64,000 bases of DNA from Klebsormidium nitens (lineage: Eukaryota; Plantae; Klebsormidiophyceae): the NCBI GenBank assembly GCA_000708835.1, contig DF237154.1, positions 62,001 through 126,000 of the forward strand, given 5' to 3'. This document shows, piece by piece, positions 1 through 12,682 of the stretch; position 1 is the first letter of the stretch, and each line of letters opens with the position of its first letter. The position numbers and the translations under genes were made by a program. The notes below the pieces were generated by a model. It saw only the letters and a list, made by a program, of their open reading frames with translations, had not been told where the DNA came from and did not search any database.

Positions 1-117
1 CTGCAATGACCGTGGCGCACGCGCCTCCTGAGAGACCTAAGATGCTTGCTTCTCCTCCAGCATGTGAGCGTGAGCTCCTTGCAGCACCCCAGCTTTCTCC
101 CCCATAGCAGCTTCATT

Positions 118-3100
118 ATGGGGACTGAACTCAAGAAACTGACAATGCTAGATGGATTGGAGCAGCGAGAAACCGAGCTCCTGGCCGATGTAGCCTGTAG
201 TGAGAGCATTGGTCAGCTCAATCACTTGCTCCAAGAACTTTCCAAGCCGCCTTTGAACGGCGTCCATTTGAACGACTCCGGCAATACAGAGCAGCTTGTG
301 ACCATTGCTGTGCTTGGGCCACCGTTGGAATCGATGCCGATCTGCTTGCAGGGTGCACAGCAGAGCAGGTGATTCCTGGTCTGCTGATATCTTTGAGAAG
401 ACCACTGAAACTGCCTTGTGCCTTCTGCCTTGTGCCTTCTGTAATCAACTGATGATGTACCACCTCCTGCAGCCATCAGTCCACCGATGATGTGTCTCCT
501 GCTCGTGTCCAAAGCCAACTATGTCTATGCTGGTAGGAAGAGCTAAACCTGGATAGGGCTAAGTGGTCTTTCAGCGAGCCTCTACCATCGGCCATTTCAT
601 AGAGGAAGGACCTCAGGGTCTGTAGTCAAACCAAGGGCACCCTTGTTTGAGATGCTGAGGCGTCCGTTTGTGCTCAGTGATACTCAATCAAACCGCAATG
701 ACCGTCCAGGTTAATCTGTAAGGTTAGCAGGCCTGTCCGGGCTCCGCACCAATGCAGTCATGCCATTCACTTAGACAGCAAAAGCACACATCAAATCTAT
801 AGCATCTATCAAGTCTGGTCGGTTGGCGGTGCTAACTTCTCATCAACTGATGCAGAGGCAATATCCTCATGGTACTGGAGCCTTCTTGGCTGGAGAGGCG
901 GCAAGTCAACCACAACGAGGAGGGGAATCCAGTTAACACCCAGCGTCTCTTCATCAGGAGAGCAGTCTCCTTCGATGGGGGTGGTGTTGCCCTTTTAGAG
1001 GACTTTGTGCCACCACGAAAGGTCACCTATTTGGCCAAATTATCACATGTTGACAGAGTAGGTCAGTGGTCGAATGCTCTATCTCAGGTTGGCAGCTTGA
1101 ATCGTCACTAGGCTTCGATTCTCAATGTTTATTGCAACCGCAGAGGCACCATCTCCTCGCTTCCTGCTTGAATCGCTGCAGAAACAGTCCAATCTGATGT
1201 TTCATTACCTCTCTCGTCTCTAAAATGTGCAGAGTCAGACTGATTCGCAAGGACCTAGGATGATGCCACCTGAACAATGAAGAGCTTAAGAGAGATAAAA
1301 CCTGCACTTTGCCCCAGCCTCATGTGCATAATCTTCTTCTCGCAGGTTTGGAAAATGCTTATGCCAGCCTTCTGGCCCCTGGGCTTGAGTGCGCGCTTGG
1401 CCCGTGCCATGCCCTCAATAAGCTCACCTCAAATACGCTACACTGGCATTCCTTGTTAACTCGAGACAGCGAGTTGGCGAATCCCCGGAGCATTACGTTC
1501 GCCACTGCACGATGCGCAGAGGCACAAAAGGTTGCTAGTGAGACGTCTGCCCAGGGCTGCCAGAGTGCTTCTTGCACACTGCCGCTTCTGGAACCCAAAG
1601 TGGATTTGAGCCCTATCAATGTTCAACAGTATGTCAGCCCCACCGCCCTTGAGATACTGCGAGCAATAATCTCAATTCGGGTCAATCTTTGACGTCAGTT
1701 ACTTGGCGCCTCGGTTTTTATGGCCGATTTGGGCTAAGGAAGAGGCCCATATTGCTTGTGGAATCTCACAATTTGACGAATCCTTGCCTCAGGAGTTTAC
1801 ACTGCCTGTCCTGTCCCCGTCCACACCCACAGATGAATGCAACACGTTCGAAACATCACCTGCTGACAATTCTGTACTTTAGGTGCTGTTGCGTGCAAGA
1901 AACCAGTTTGAAACCAGCTTGCGACTGATTTCATCTTGTTTGTAACCACTGAGCTCAAATGAAACGGTTGCTTCCATGGTCGGTTATCCTCTCCAGCGTT
2001 TCGTTCCCAGCTCAAAAGCGTGACCTTCACCCTCGTCAGGTCGCGGCAAATGCGGAACAGTAGTCGCCGTAGATACAGAGCAAGAGGAGGACGCGCGCCT
2101 GATCGACAACATCCAAGCTTTCTGCAAACCGCCGAGCGGTGTGCTGGTGGTCAAGAGCAGCGACGGGGCCTCGAGCAGGTAATCCTGCACCGCTTCTCAC
2201 TCCACCTTTGCAGAGCCCCACCTGCATGTGGGAAAACCCCGGACTCAGCCTATTACGGCTGTTCTTGCCGGATTGCAGGCTCTTCGATCGGCTCTTCGTT
2301 GCCAGACTGCGCTTTCTTCTAGCATCTTGAGTCGCACACGACAGCTCAGCAATGGACAAGCCTGGTCCCGGACGTCCGATTGCAGTCGTGCCTCGTTTTG
2401 GGACTCATCCGACGTCCGCGGCGTTGCCACGCATGTGCTAGGGCTGCTACGTGCCTCCGGAGACGAGGCTTTCGTGGTGGAGGAGTTTGTGTCGAGCATT
2501 CAGCCGGTCATTCCGCAACCTAACCAGGTGGGTCAGAAAAGGGGTTGACCGCACATGGTGGCTCCTTTTGATAGAGAACGTCAGCCGATGTCGAACCCAG
2601 CCCGGCCATGTTCGCAGCATTTCGTCGTGCTTGCAAAGAGTTCGATGGTCGGTTTCGACTCGAATCCCAGTCGGCCAATTAGAGACGCTGCCCGATATGA
2701 ATCGTCGACGCCCCAGTTGGCCGATGAGAGGCGCTACAGCCATACGGAATAGTCCTCAGGCGCTGGCTGTCTCAGTGACAAAGCAGATTGACACTGAAAG
2801 GACTCATGTGCTCTCAGACAAAGCCCAACACGCCTAAAGCTTTGGGGGTGCCCCAGGTGCTGAGAAACTTCACCTTCCACTCGAGACAATCATTGCTCAT
2901 CATTTTTGCCGTCTTGAATCAGCGTTCAGCTCATTGAGAAGGAAGGGGTGCAGTGGGCGAAACGCCGGAAACCGAGAATTCTCCATCCTCGTTACACGAT
3001 ATGTCTGGTGCAGATGCCGACGCCGGACTCCGCCTGGCTGGACGCCGCTTCGCGGGCCGGACTGTCTGAAGCTGTGGCGGCACTCCGAGCGGACCGGTTG

Positions 3101-6100
3101 GACGGCTGCTCTCCGTCGGGCCAGGTTGCGGAGGAGCGGTAGGAGCGACGTAGAGAATGCACGTGGTAAGGGTCAGGCGCGGCTTTGTAATCACGGCTTT
3201 TGTTTTTGTTCCTACCCCTGTAGCAAATGTCAAGACGCAAGAGCCTTGATCCGGCCGTTCTCGTGGCTGGTTGAATCAGAGGGCCGCCGGATCCCAGACA
3301 GGCATAGGTGTCTAAGCTGAGTGAAAAGTTTCCTTCTTGGTATCCCAACGCAACCCCTGCGAACGAAATCGGGGTTGCACCACATGAAGAGCTTAACGGA
3401 GATTCCTTTAGACAGAAAAGCTCCGCCAGAACATTATCGATCGGACCTCAGACTCCCGGTTCGGGGTACTGCTTCTTCCGACCTAGCTGCAACGTTCCTT
3501 GAGAAAGATGCTCAAGGGTTGGAAAAGGGTTCAGAGGAGTCACTTTAAGAAGCCAAAACTCGGCAAAATTGTTCAAGAACTGGCCGCCCGGCAGGGATTT
3601 GGCAGCGGGCACCGCGCGTCCTCGCGGCCGCCTTGTCCGGGGCTGAACGGAGAAAATTCGAGTTGGATTCTAAGCTCTTCACTGGGGGGGCATCGCTCGA
3701 GAAGTGGACTTCTCTTAGAAGACTTTCTAGTGTAACCTGAAAAGTTGCTAGTCAGGCCCGGCTTGTCTCTTCAACTGGTGTTGCACCCGACGCATGCTTA
3801 GCAGTCCGCTCGATCCAAGCTTGGCCCAAGCTATTATGGAAACAAACTGCACTCGGTTGGATCATATGGCCCCCCTCCAGGCTGGCCAGCGTTTGGTCGG
3901 TCAGTGGCACAGCTCCTTCCCCCAAGTCTCCCGTCGTTTTGTTGCTTTTGAAAGGCCGTAGTTTGTCTAGGCCGGCCTGTCCGATGACGTGTCTCGTTTT
4001 CCTAGAGCTCCCCGTCGAGCGGCTCGGCTTCAAAGTGCGCGCGCTGGTGGCACGTGCCCCCTGGGGCGAGCCGGAAATCGTCGCGTTACTCGCCGTGAGC
4101 GGGAGCCTCGCCCGTCCGATCCGGTTCCGAGGCAGCAGCGCCGTCGATCTCGATGCCGTGCTCCAGGCCTGGGGAGCATCCGACGCGGCCAGGGAAGACA
4201 TCCGCACTGCGGTCTCCAGCACTGCCGAGAGACTCGCGCGGGTGAGGCGCTGGTGCTCGCGCGCACGTTCTGAGTTTTGGGCTCACTGCAGTAACTGAGA
4301 AGGTCGGCTGCTCTGCCGAGACTTCGTGTCTCTTCCATGGAGCCTCGGAACCTGCGCCGTCGTTCGGACCGCTGCGCTGTCGTTTGGACGCCTGCAAACT
4401 GTGGTGTGGACCTCTGCCCTGTTGAATTGGACTCTGCACTCTTATTCTGGACCTCCGGACTGTCTCATAGACCTCTGCGCTGTCTTTCCTGCTCGCATCC
4501 TGCGGTCATTCTGACATCGGCCATGCTCCATTGTGCAGTTGATCCTGGACTCCGAGACGTCGCTGAAGGACGTCCAAAAGGGAGGCGCTGGCTGCCAGAC
4601 GGACTTCCTCGGCGTCGACATGCTCGTCGCCCCTGCGGCGGCCGCCCACCAGGCCGTCCGTGTATTTGTTATCAAGGTGCGTGTCCCACTTTCTTCAAGC
4701 TGGTCCCATACTACTTGCAACAGGGGTAGACGACACTGTTTCAAAGGAGTCGAATCCGGACAGCCGCAATACAGCAATAACGGCCATCTAAACACCTCGA
4801 CTCGGAAAGTCGGATCGGAAAGGTCTGACCGACGAACCAGAACGTCAAGAAGTTTCGATTGCGATGTTACGCAGGCGGGTACTGGCGTTTGCGCTCCGTC
4901 AAGATACTTACCAGTTCCACCATACTCAGAAAGAGAGTGACCCAGAATCTGGCTGAGGGGTTTGCCCGGGTTCGCAGTTTGGTAATTGCCGGATGAGGTC
5001 TTCTACCAGTACTCAGCACTTCGTGCGGAGCTCAGCTTAGATTTGAGTGACCCCGTTTGGGAGGAGGGTCGCCGTGATCAGCTGCGAGGTCGAGTTGGTG
5101 GGAAAGTTACATGTATGTATCGCTTTTATGCAGAAAGGATGCTCGTAGGCCGTTTATCAGACTCGGAAGCTCGTGTGGCAATTAGACCGCGCCTGAAAGG
5201 AATAAAACGGGGTGTATTTTTGTGCTTGTCTCTTGTCGCCTGGCCTTGATGAGACCCTAACTCTTGTAATGCGATCCATCTATCAATAACGACTTCACTT
5301 GTGAGATTTAGATCTGCACAAGATGCGAAGCTGGCCGGAGGCGAGACTTTGCTGATTGATACAGCTGCTCTGAATCTCTCTAGATTTTACAGTTCGTCAT
5401 GCTCTTAACAGGTCCTGCCGGACTGGAGATGCTGCCGGAACCTGCTGACACCATCCGTGTCACTCTCCAAGAGCGCCAGTCTTTGGGTTGCCAACATGGT
5501 GTCAAGGTCTCAGGATTGCCTCTTGAGAGGAAAGAGGATTCTCATCTTGGGAGCAGGTAAAATGACCTTCGCACCTCAACACGGCAGACCTTCCCGAAAT
5601 CAGTTGCAAAACGGGTCTCATCGGGTTCCGACCTGCTTCAAGGTCGTTGTTGACGGTGGGGTCTGAGCAGGGAACCGCAGCTTCCCCTTTCAATACCCTC
5701 GTAAAGCTGACGTAGTCGATTGGATGTCTTAGACGAATCTTTGATACGCGCCTTCACATCGTAGTAACTTGGGGTGTTTGCTTGCCTTCCCTCTTCCATC
5801 CGAAATGCAACTTTCATTTGCCTTCTCTCTCTTCTGTCCTTAGATCCGTCTTCTCTCCTACATCCAGAGCGCGTTGTTGTTTGCCTTCTTTCTTACAGTC
5901 GGAAGGCGTTCCTATTTGCCAATTACCTTGTCATAAATTTTTCGTTTCCCCTCCCCCAGGTGGCTACACAAAGCGTTTCATCTGGGAGCACACGCGCAAA
6001 CTAGGTTTGCGGGTCGTCCTCGCCCACGAAGACGCAAGTCACTTTGCGCGCGAGCTGGTGGAGACGTTCATCGTCGTCCCTGGCATGGAGTTCCATTCCC

Positions 6101-9100
6101 CCGAGCTCGACCGGCAGCATGCCGCCAGAATCGTGGAGGCCCTCGAGGTGAGCATCGCGTATGCGCCGGCGCTTCATAAGCCTACGATTGGCTGGACTGC
6201 TTTGTTCCCTGGGAAACAGTCCACTCTCGTTTGTTTCTCTCGTAGGTCCAACGGGTAGTGATAACTAGCGATCCTAGATGGTTGGACGAGACGGTTTGCC
6301 CGTAATTGTGGTGGCAATCCCTTTGCGGTGTCAGCTAGGCTTGATAAGAAGGCAATATTAGTGATTCACACAGAAAGGCGGCGAGCAGCCTTTGCTTCAC
6401 CGCAAGACCAGGGTTCTTTATGGCCCTGGTTGACATGAAAAGAGTGGGTTCCCGGGTTTCGGTTTTCTTAACAAAATCGCGACCGCACAACGGTCGGCTC
6501 CTAAGGTCGCACTGTTATAGGCGACCTCAGGGCTTCGATGCGCTCATGAAGCCGCCGAAGTGGTTAAGATAGTAAAAAGCCGGAAACCCAGATGCCAGTA
6601 CGAGACCAGGGACATCCAGGATCAGCGTCCTCAGTCTCCATGTAGTACAAGGGAACACCTGATCGGGGCGTTTGATTGATGCCAATCTCTGAGAAGTTGC
6701 GAGTCGTGCCCTCTCGTCGTGTAGTGCTTTTCCCCAGGTAGTGATCGTCCAGATTGAGCAGTGTAACGTCCAGATTGGTGCGCCCCCCTGCAGTTGCTGC
6801 ACACGTGCAACCCGCGCCTCGAGTGCTCTTCAGGCGGATCGCAGAAGTTCACGACTGTTGGCCAGAATCGTGTCGCAGCCACCCCATCTTCAATATAACA
6901 ACTCCAGTGTGCAAGACTCAGCCATTGGCAGCCCGATTGCAGTAGGAAACGTTCTCGCACCGGGTCTGGCCACACCGGACAATACTTTTCTCAACGATAG
7001 ATCTGGAGCGTCTATCTTTCAGACTAGACGTTAGCGACACGATTTCCTGCTGTTCCCCAGCGAGTCCAAGCCCCTACACTCCGCCTGTCTTCTGCAGGAA
7101 AGGCGGCTCACAGTCGACGGCTGCTTGACGGTTTGGGAGGAGCACGGGCCTCTGGCCGGCCTGGTCAACAACCTCCTTGGGACACGTGGCAACTCGTACG
7201 AGGCCCAAGCCCTGGCCAAGTCGAAGTTTCGGACGCTGGAAGCCCTGATGCGCGCGACCGGGGAGCGTCCGTACGGACCGCCGACGAGTGCGTTCGCGTC
7301 CAAGGTGCAAGGCTCAAGCTGCTTGCTTCCAAGGGTTCCGTTGGGGCTCCGGTGGTCGGAACGAATGGAGATCCAGCTGGAGTGGCTAAAGAATCAGGAG
7401 CTCAAGAGCCGGTGTGAAATGTCTGCGTCACCGAGTCACCTTTGAACCCCGGGCCGGATTTCTGTGGATCACGTCCGGTCCAGCCCCCAGGTCTACGCCA
7501 TTTGAGGTCACAGGAATGTTTGAAGCCAGCAAAACCATTCAAGACAGCGGGTTGTTGGAGCCAGCTGAGTGTTTCAATGTGGCATAATATTCGAAGCCAG
7601 CGGAGTACGACTGACACTAGCAAAGTAGGACTTTGCCCGCTTCGAACGGCGACCCGGTTCGGCCCTTTGCCTTGCAAGGGCACTCGATGCCAGTGCTTGT
7701 GTCAGAATCGCACTATTTTAGCACACATAGAACCCAACGAGTTGCGCGCTCGCTTCGAGGATTTGCTTGGGTGCCTGCACGCAGTCCTCCCTCTCGACTC
7801 TTGACGCGAGGCAGGTCCATACAATCTGCATAGAGTGTTCCCTATTTTAGGCGGACCGCAGAAGAATGCGATGGCCGAAAACGCAGCGCAACCGTCCGAT
7901 TTCGTGACATAAGGACTCCGGTCTGCAAGGTTTAGTCAGGGAGTCGTCAACTTTGACAGAACTAATTCCGATACTATGGGTCAGACAAACCGTGTCTGAC
8001 CAAGCACAAACGAAAGATCTGGAGCGTTCATTTTTCAACGTCAACATCTGGACGGCAGCGCTGCAATTCTTGGTCGTCCCCCAGCCATTTTCTCGTTTTT
8101 GCGGTCCGCCTGATTTTCACCGTCTGCACGGTTTTTGCTCGGGGCAGATCTACCGGCTACCGGACGAAGCGGCTCTGGTCCGCGCCTGGGAGGACCTGGA
8201 AGGGCGACCCGCGATGCTGAAGCCCGAGCATGGGTCCGCCTCCACCGGGGTGTACCTAGCCAAGACCTTGGAGGAGGCGCGGGCGAAGTACAAGGAGATT
8301 CCCCTTTCATTAACGGGCTCGCCAATAGGTCGAGCCTTTGGGTAAGTGGCGAGAACCTTCCGATGGCCACGTGTGCAAGAATTGCTGCTGACGATTCTAT
8401 GGGAGTCGTGCGGGACGGGCCTTGCATGATGGCTCTACGACGACGATCTCTTACGGGTCGAATAGTGGTAACTCCCTTGTCGATCGCCGTTTGTGGGAAC
8501 CAGTTTTGCAAGTTCTGCTCCCAGTAAACACTATCTAGACTATCCCATATGTGTTTTGATAAGATCCATAATCCTGTTATTGTTAACCCGATCCGTAAAC
8601 CCAACGAAAACGCCCTACACAACCGTACCACCCGAAATCCGAGCAAATCCTACCCGTTCACCGGGTGCACAGGGAGCCTTGGATTCATACATTGGGCCGA
8701 ATCGGAGCAATTCGCTCCGGAAAAAATGGCAAATAAACTGGAGGTATGCCCCAGTTCAAGGCCGGTTCATGCAGAAAAGAAACCGTTACAGAAGAAATGG
8801 CTCCGATTTGTGAGAACCGGTTCCTATCCTTCAGAAAGCAGCCATGAACCGGGGCATCGTTCCGGTTCATCCGCCACTATTCCGGAGCGAGATACTCCGC
8901 TTAGGCCCCGGTCTGGATCCTCTTTGAAACCAACGCGCCCTTTGGTTTCGAACTTCACACGAAAGAGGCTCTAGATGAGTCAAGAAAGGTGCCTGAGTCA
9001 ATCTTGAAGCGGACCAACAGTCGATGCAACAGTGTAATTCCAACCGTGTCAGCCCTTCTGAGCAGCTTTGCGATCCGCTTCTTCCCAGGTACACCGCCAG

Positions 9101-11772
9101 CTGTACAAAACGGCTCTTGGCACTTTGGGACCGATTTCAGTCGTATCTGACACAGTTGCCGCCGTGACCATTCCCTTGCAGAAGCGTCCGCCTCGTTATT
9201 TGCAGGTGTGACCTACTGCTGATGGAGTACATCGAGGGGCCCTCCCATGAGGTTGGCATCATCATGTTCGATGGCCAGCTGGTCGCCGCCCTCTTATACG
9301 ACGTCGGGCCTTGCCGGAAGCCTTACTTCAACGAGACATCCGCAGCCTGCCCGAGCGGATTGCAGGAGTGAGCCTCGGGCTGCCTTCAAGCGTTGAGCCG
9401 CTTTTGTCCACCTGCGTGGTTCGGATGTTGCCGGAAGAAGCACGGAGGTCTTGGAAAATGTGTAGACAAGCCTTCTCACACTGCGCTCACATGGTCGATT
9501 CGCCGGAAGGAAATGTTGCTTTGCTTGAGAAGCTACGGTCCTTGGAAAAGGGCTTTCGTGGGCTTTCGTGTGCGTTTCGCAAACGACCAGAGCTCCCGCG
9601 CGTTTGCAGCCCATGCCCCCCCTCCTCTTACAGCGGTGCTCGGGAGCGACTCCTTGTGCCTGTGAACCGTGTGAGTAGTCTGGATTATACGTTGAGTAGC
9701 GGCTATTTGAGTTACGTCATGCCCGGGGGGGGGGTGGGTTTGGTTTTGGGGTTTAGAGTCGGTACGGATGGAGAGCATGTTAAGTCTGGCTTTAGATTTT
9801 TATTTTGTTTGCGCCCGCGGTACTGATCTAACTCAACATAGACCTAACTCAAGATAAAACTGAGACAAATTTAACCGTGCTCACCGTTCCTCCCCTTCCG
9901 CAGTGGCGTTCAGGAGTCGCTCCGCCAGGCTGCCGCCCGGATTTGTCGGGCTCTCGGCTTGAACCACGGTGTCTTCAGCGTGGAGCTGAAATCCACTCGA
10001 ACGGGGTTGAAGCTGATCGAGGTTAACGGGAGGCAAGGGGGCTATTACATCCAGGTGAGGGCAAGCCACCTTGCTCGCCAAGTGTGGGTGATAACGCTGG
10101 TTCAGAAATTACAAGAGCCAGGAATAATAAGCTCCTAATCAGCACTTCAAACCTAACCCAACAATTCACCTGCTCCACACCCATATTCACCTAACCCCCA
10201 AGCTAAAAATACCCGTCCCAGGCTGGCAGGCTTTTATTTTTGCCCCTTATTATTCTGATTTTGACCTTCATGCGCACGTGGGCGGCGGACTCTGGTTGAG
10301 GGTGCGTGGGCGTTTTCGAGATGGCACCCATCGCCGCGTTTGCCGTCGCTTTCAAAGCAGCGCAACATGCTCGCACGCAGCATGGCTGTGAATGCTGGAC
10401 ATTGTAGCAACATTTCGTTTCGTTGAGATACTGATTTCCCGAGCACCTTTAGCCCACCCTTAAACCTGATAAGGACGTTAACCGCAGTCCTCTTCACTGT
10501 AGTCCCCCCCAATGTAACCCCACCCGTTCCCTCGAGGTTTATCCCGATACAAAACGTCGTTGATGAACCTCGGACTTGCCAAAGTGATTGTTGTTGCCGC
10601 GCTGCGGGTCTTTAGCCCAACTATCCTCGGCTGAAGTCGCTCTGTGCTTTCTGTGCGGGGGCGGGCCAAACGACTCTCGGCTCCGACGAACCACGTGAAT
10701 CATAAGTCTTATGCTCTGGCACGTAGGTTGTGAACGCGATTCTAAATCCCAGACTGCCGCTGCTCGCCCGGCAAAAAGAAGTAAGGTAAAAGGAAGCGCA
10801 TTCGGCCCGTGAATGCGCTTCCAAAGTAAGAATTTTTCCGCACCCGGCAAACCCCTAGCATCGATCTCGAAACAAGATGATTAGATCCTACTCGATTGCA
10901 GGATTGGATGCGGCGCGTCTACGGGGTTGACCTGTTGAAAGCGAACATGCTGACGGCGTTTGGCATCAGGCCGCACATTCACACTCTCCCGCAGCCGCGT
11001 ACACACCTAGTGGGCAGAATGATCTATTCAGGGCTACACGGAGTAAGCCCCGCCATTCCAGCACTCCTTTTTTTCTTCTCCTTCGAATGCCGTTTGAGTG
11101 TGCCTCCAAAAAGTTTGCAGAACAAGGGAAGAAACTCCTCGTACGACCAGTCTTTTCACCGCGCTCACTTGTCCGACCTTCTTTCAAAGAAAGACCAGGG
11201 AAAGACCACAAAACCACAAAACAGCGTCTCTCAATACGCGAAGTCTTATCAATCGTGTTTTTCTGTACCCATTTGAGATTCGCATGCGTGGGGATTTAGA
11301 CAGCCCGTCTTATCGTCTTTGTTAGGCGGTTGACGTTTCAATCGGGGACATTCTGATCGCCAATCGGAACCGGTCACTTCGAGTTGAAAACGGCCGCCTG
11401 ACCCCCGAACCGATATGGGGCCTGCGATCTTGCAAGTCCGTGATCCGAGCTTTGTGCGAAGGCCTCTCCCGCCGCTTTTCACCCCCGCTTGCAACAGTAT
11501 CTGTTGATCTTGTTTGTGCGCAGGCCGCGTTTGGAAATGGCAGCTGCTCTGTAGAGCTATTGACGCGGCTGCATCGAGAAGGTGTTGCCGATCTGTTCCA
11601 ACAAGACCCCGACCTAGTCCCGTCCGAGGAGTTCGAAGAGCCGTTTGCAAACATTGCGGTTCCGGGGGCGACAAGGGCGGCCGCAAAAGCCCACATGGAG
11701 GCGCTCTGGAGGATGCTCGGCTTTGAGGCACTCGACTCAAAACCGTGCCCTTACTATCTATCATTATTCTAA
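118..11772 (+). CDS. CARNS1: Carnosine synthase 1-like (ATPGD1) tandem ATP-grasp ligase, ~16 exons, ~965 aa
   Basis: Phase-consistent GT-AG exons: 118-368, 856-1061, 1346-1537, 2040-2178, 2386-2527, 3014-3138 (least certain), 3971-4241, 4539-4676, 5412-5556, 5960-6147, 7098-7304, 8148-8341, 9206-9367, 9904-10054, 10902-11042, 11524-11772. These total 2901 nt, divisible by 3. The peptides are collinear with vertebrate CARNS1 as I recall it: VTIAVLGPP..QSRGNILMVLEPSWL..RAVSFDGGGVALLEDFVPPRKVTY; TDFLGVDMLV; LLRGKRILILGAGGYTKRFIWE; MLKPEHGSASTGV; LLMEYIEG; FSVELK..LIEVNGRQGGYYIQDWMRRVYGVDLL; EEFEEPFANIA..PYYLSLF*. The start codon (ATG 118) is a best guess, and an upstream exon outside the window is possible. 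Confidence 0.88.
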
Positions 11773-12279
11773 GCCTATGCAATGGATGGTGGAGACGATT
11801 CGTTGCGGAGTCATAAGCACTGTGCTACTCGTGCTCTCTTATTGCCTCGAGAAGCGGAGGCTTCTAAGCTATAGCTGTATGTTCAACGTTGACAATCTTT
11901 GATCTGCATTCGTGGCAATCGATTGACGAGTAGGGTGTTTGCTAAGAAATTGCGTGTCTGAACTGCAGATGAATGCGGATATAGGCTCAGGTGGAAACGG
12001 AACATGAATCCCCTTGAACTTTCGAGACAGCCAATGTATAGTATGAGTCTACTCGCTCCTGAATCAGTTGATGTTGCAGGGGCACGTTGATACTGTAAGG
12101 CATATACTGTCACGCTACGTTCCGGCATGTCGCTGGGTCACTGTGTTGCACGATGATGCAATTACTATACCAAATAATGCATGGCCCCAGATACCCTCCT
12201 CCAGACTATTGTCAGCTGGACAATCGCATCTGTTGTGCCTATTGCATTTATGAGTCAACTAGAACCAACTAGCTAATAA

Positions 12280-12682
12280 GCGCCCTGATGCATCGGCGCT
12301 TCAGGCTGGCATATCAGCACGCGCGTTAAAAATCGATTAATCATGCATGTTAAATGCTCATTAGGTGGATGCAAGACCGGTCGATCGACGGTCTTTTCAA
12401 TGAAAATGGCCTCCCTAACCGGGAGGCCTTTTCGGGGTGAAGACGGGGTTTAAAGTTGTTCGGGGTGTCGGGGTTCCGGTTTAGTTTTTGGTTTGGGCAT
12501 GATGGACTTGCCGAGGTTTGTACACGGTGGATGGGCACGGTATACGCCTACCGGGCGAGTCGGCTAAGGTGGCTTGGAGCTTAGGCCGACCCGCCGGGTA
12601 CAATGAGATCATCGCCCGGGGAACCTTTTAAGTGTTTACGTTTAGGGTGGATAGAATTGGGGTTGGACTTGACGAGTCAACC
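12280..12682. repeat. Cluster of short, near-perfect inverted repeats (hairpins) between the convergent 3' ends of the CARNS1-like and SET genes
   Basis: Read directly: agcgcc(ct)gatg/catcggcgct at 12280-12300; aagacc(g)gtcga/tcgacggtctt at 12373-12395; aaaa(t)ggcctccc-taacc-gggaggcctttt at 12403-12432; gtcggctaag..ctta(g)gccgac at ~12559-12590; ggtt(g)gact-tgacg-agtcaacc at 12661-12682. Confidence 0.6.

Noticed and set aside
4986-5249. ORF PDEVFYQYSALRAELSLDL.. as a CARNS1-like exon
   Set aside because: The flanking exons (4539-4676 and 5412-5556) join in phase and follow the homologue without it.
118-11772. CARNS1-like gene as animal contamination, or as a mycosporine-pathway ATP-grasp ligase (MysC/MysD)
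   Set aside because: It is contiguous with plant-type genes and shares their intron style. The two-domain ~965-aa architecture and motifs follow CARNS1 rather than the shorter MysC/MysD proteins, and no DDGS or O-methyltransferase gene lies in the window. Read-level confirmation is still needed.
12403-12432. Bacterial rho-independent terminator
   Set aside because: The shape fits, but the flanking genes are spliceosomal nuclear genes. It is kept only as part of the hairpin cluster.
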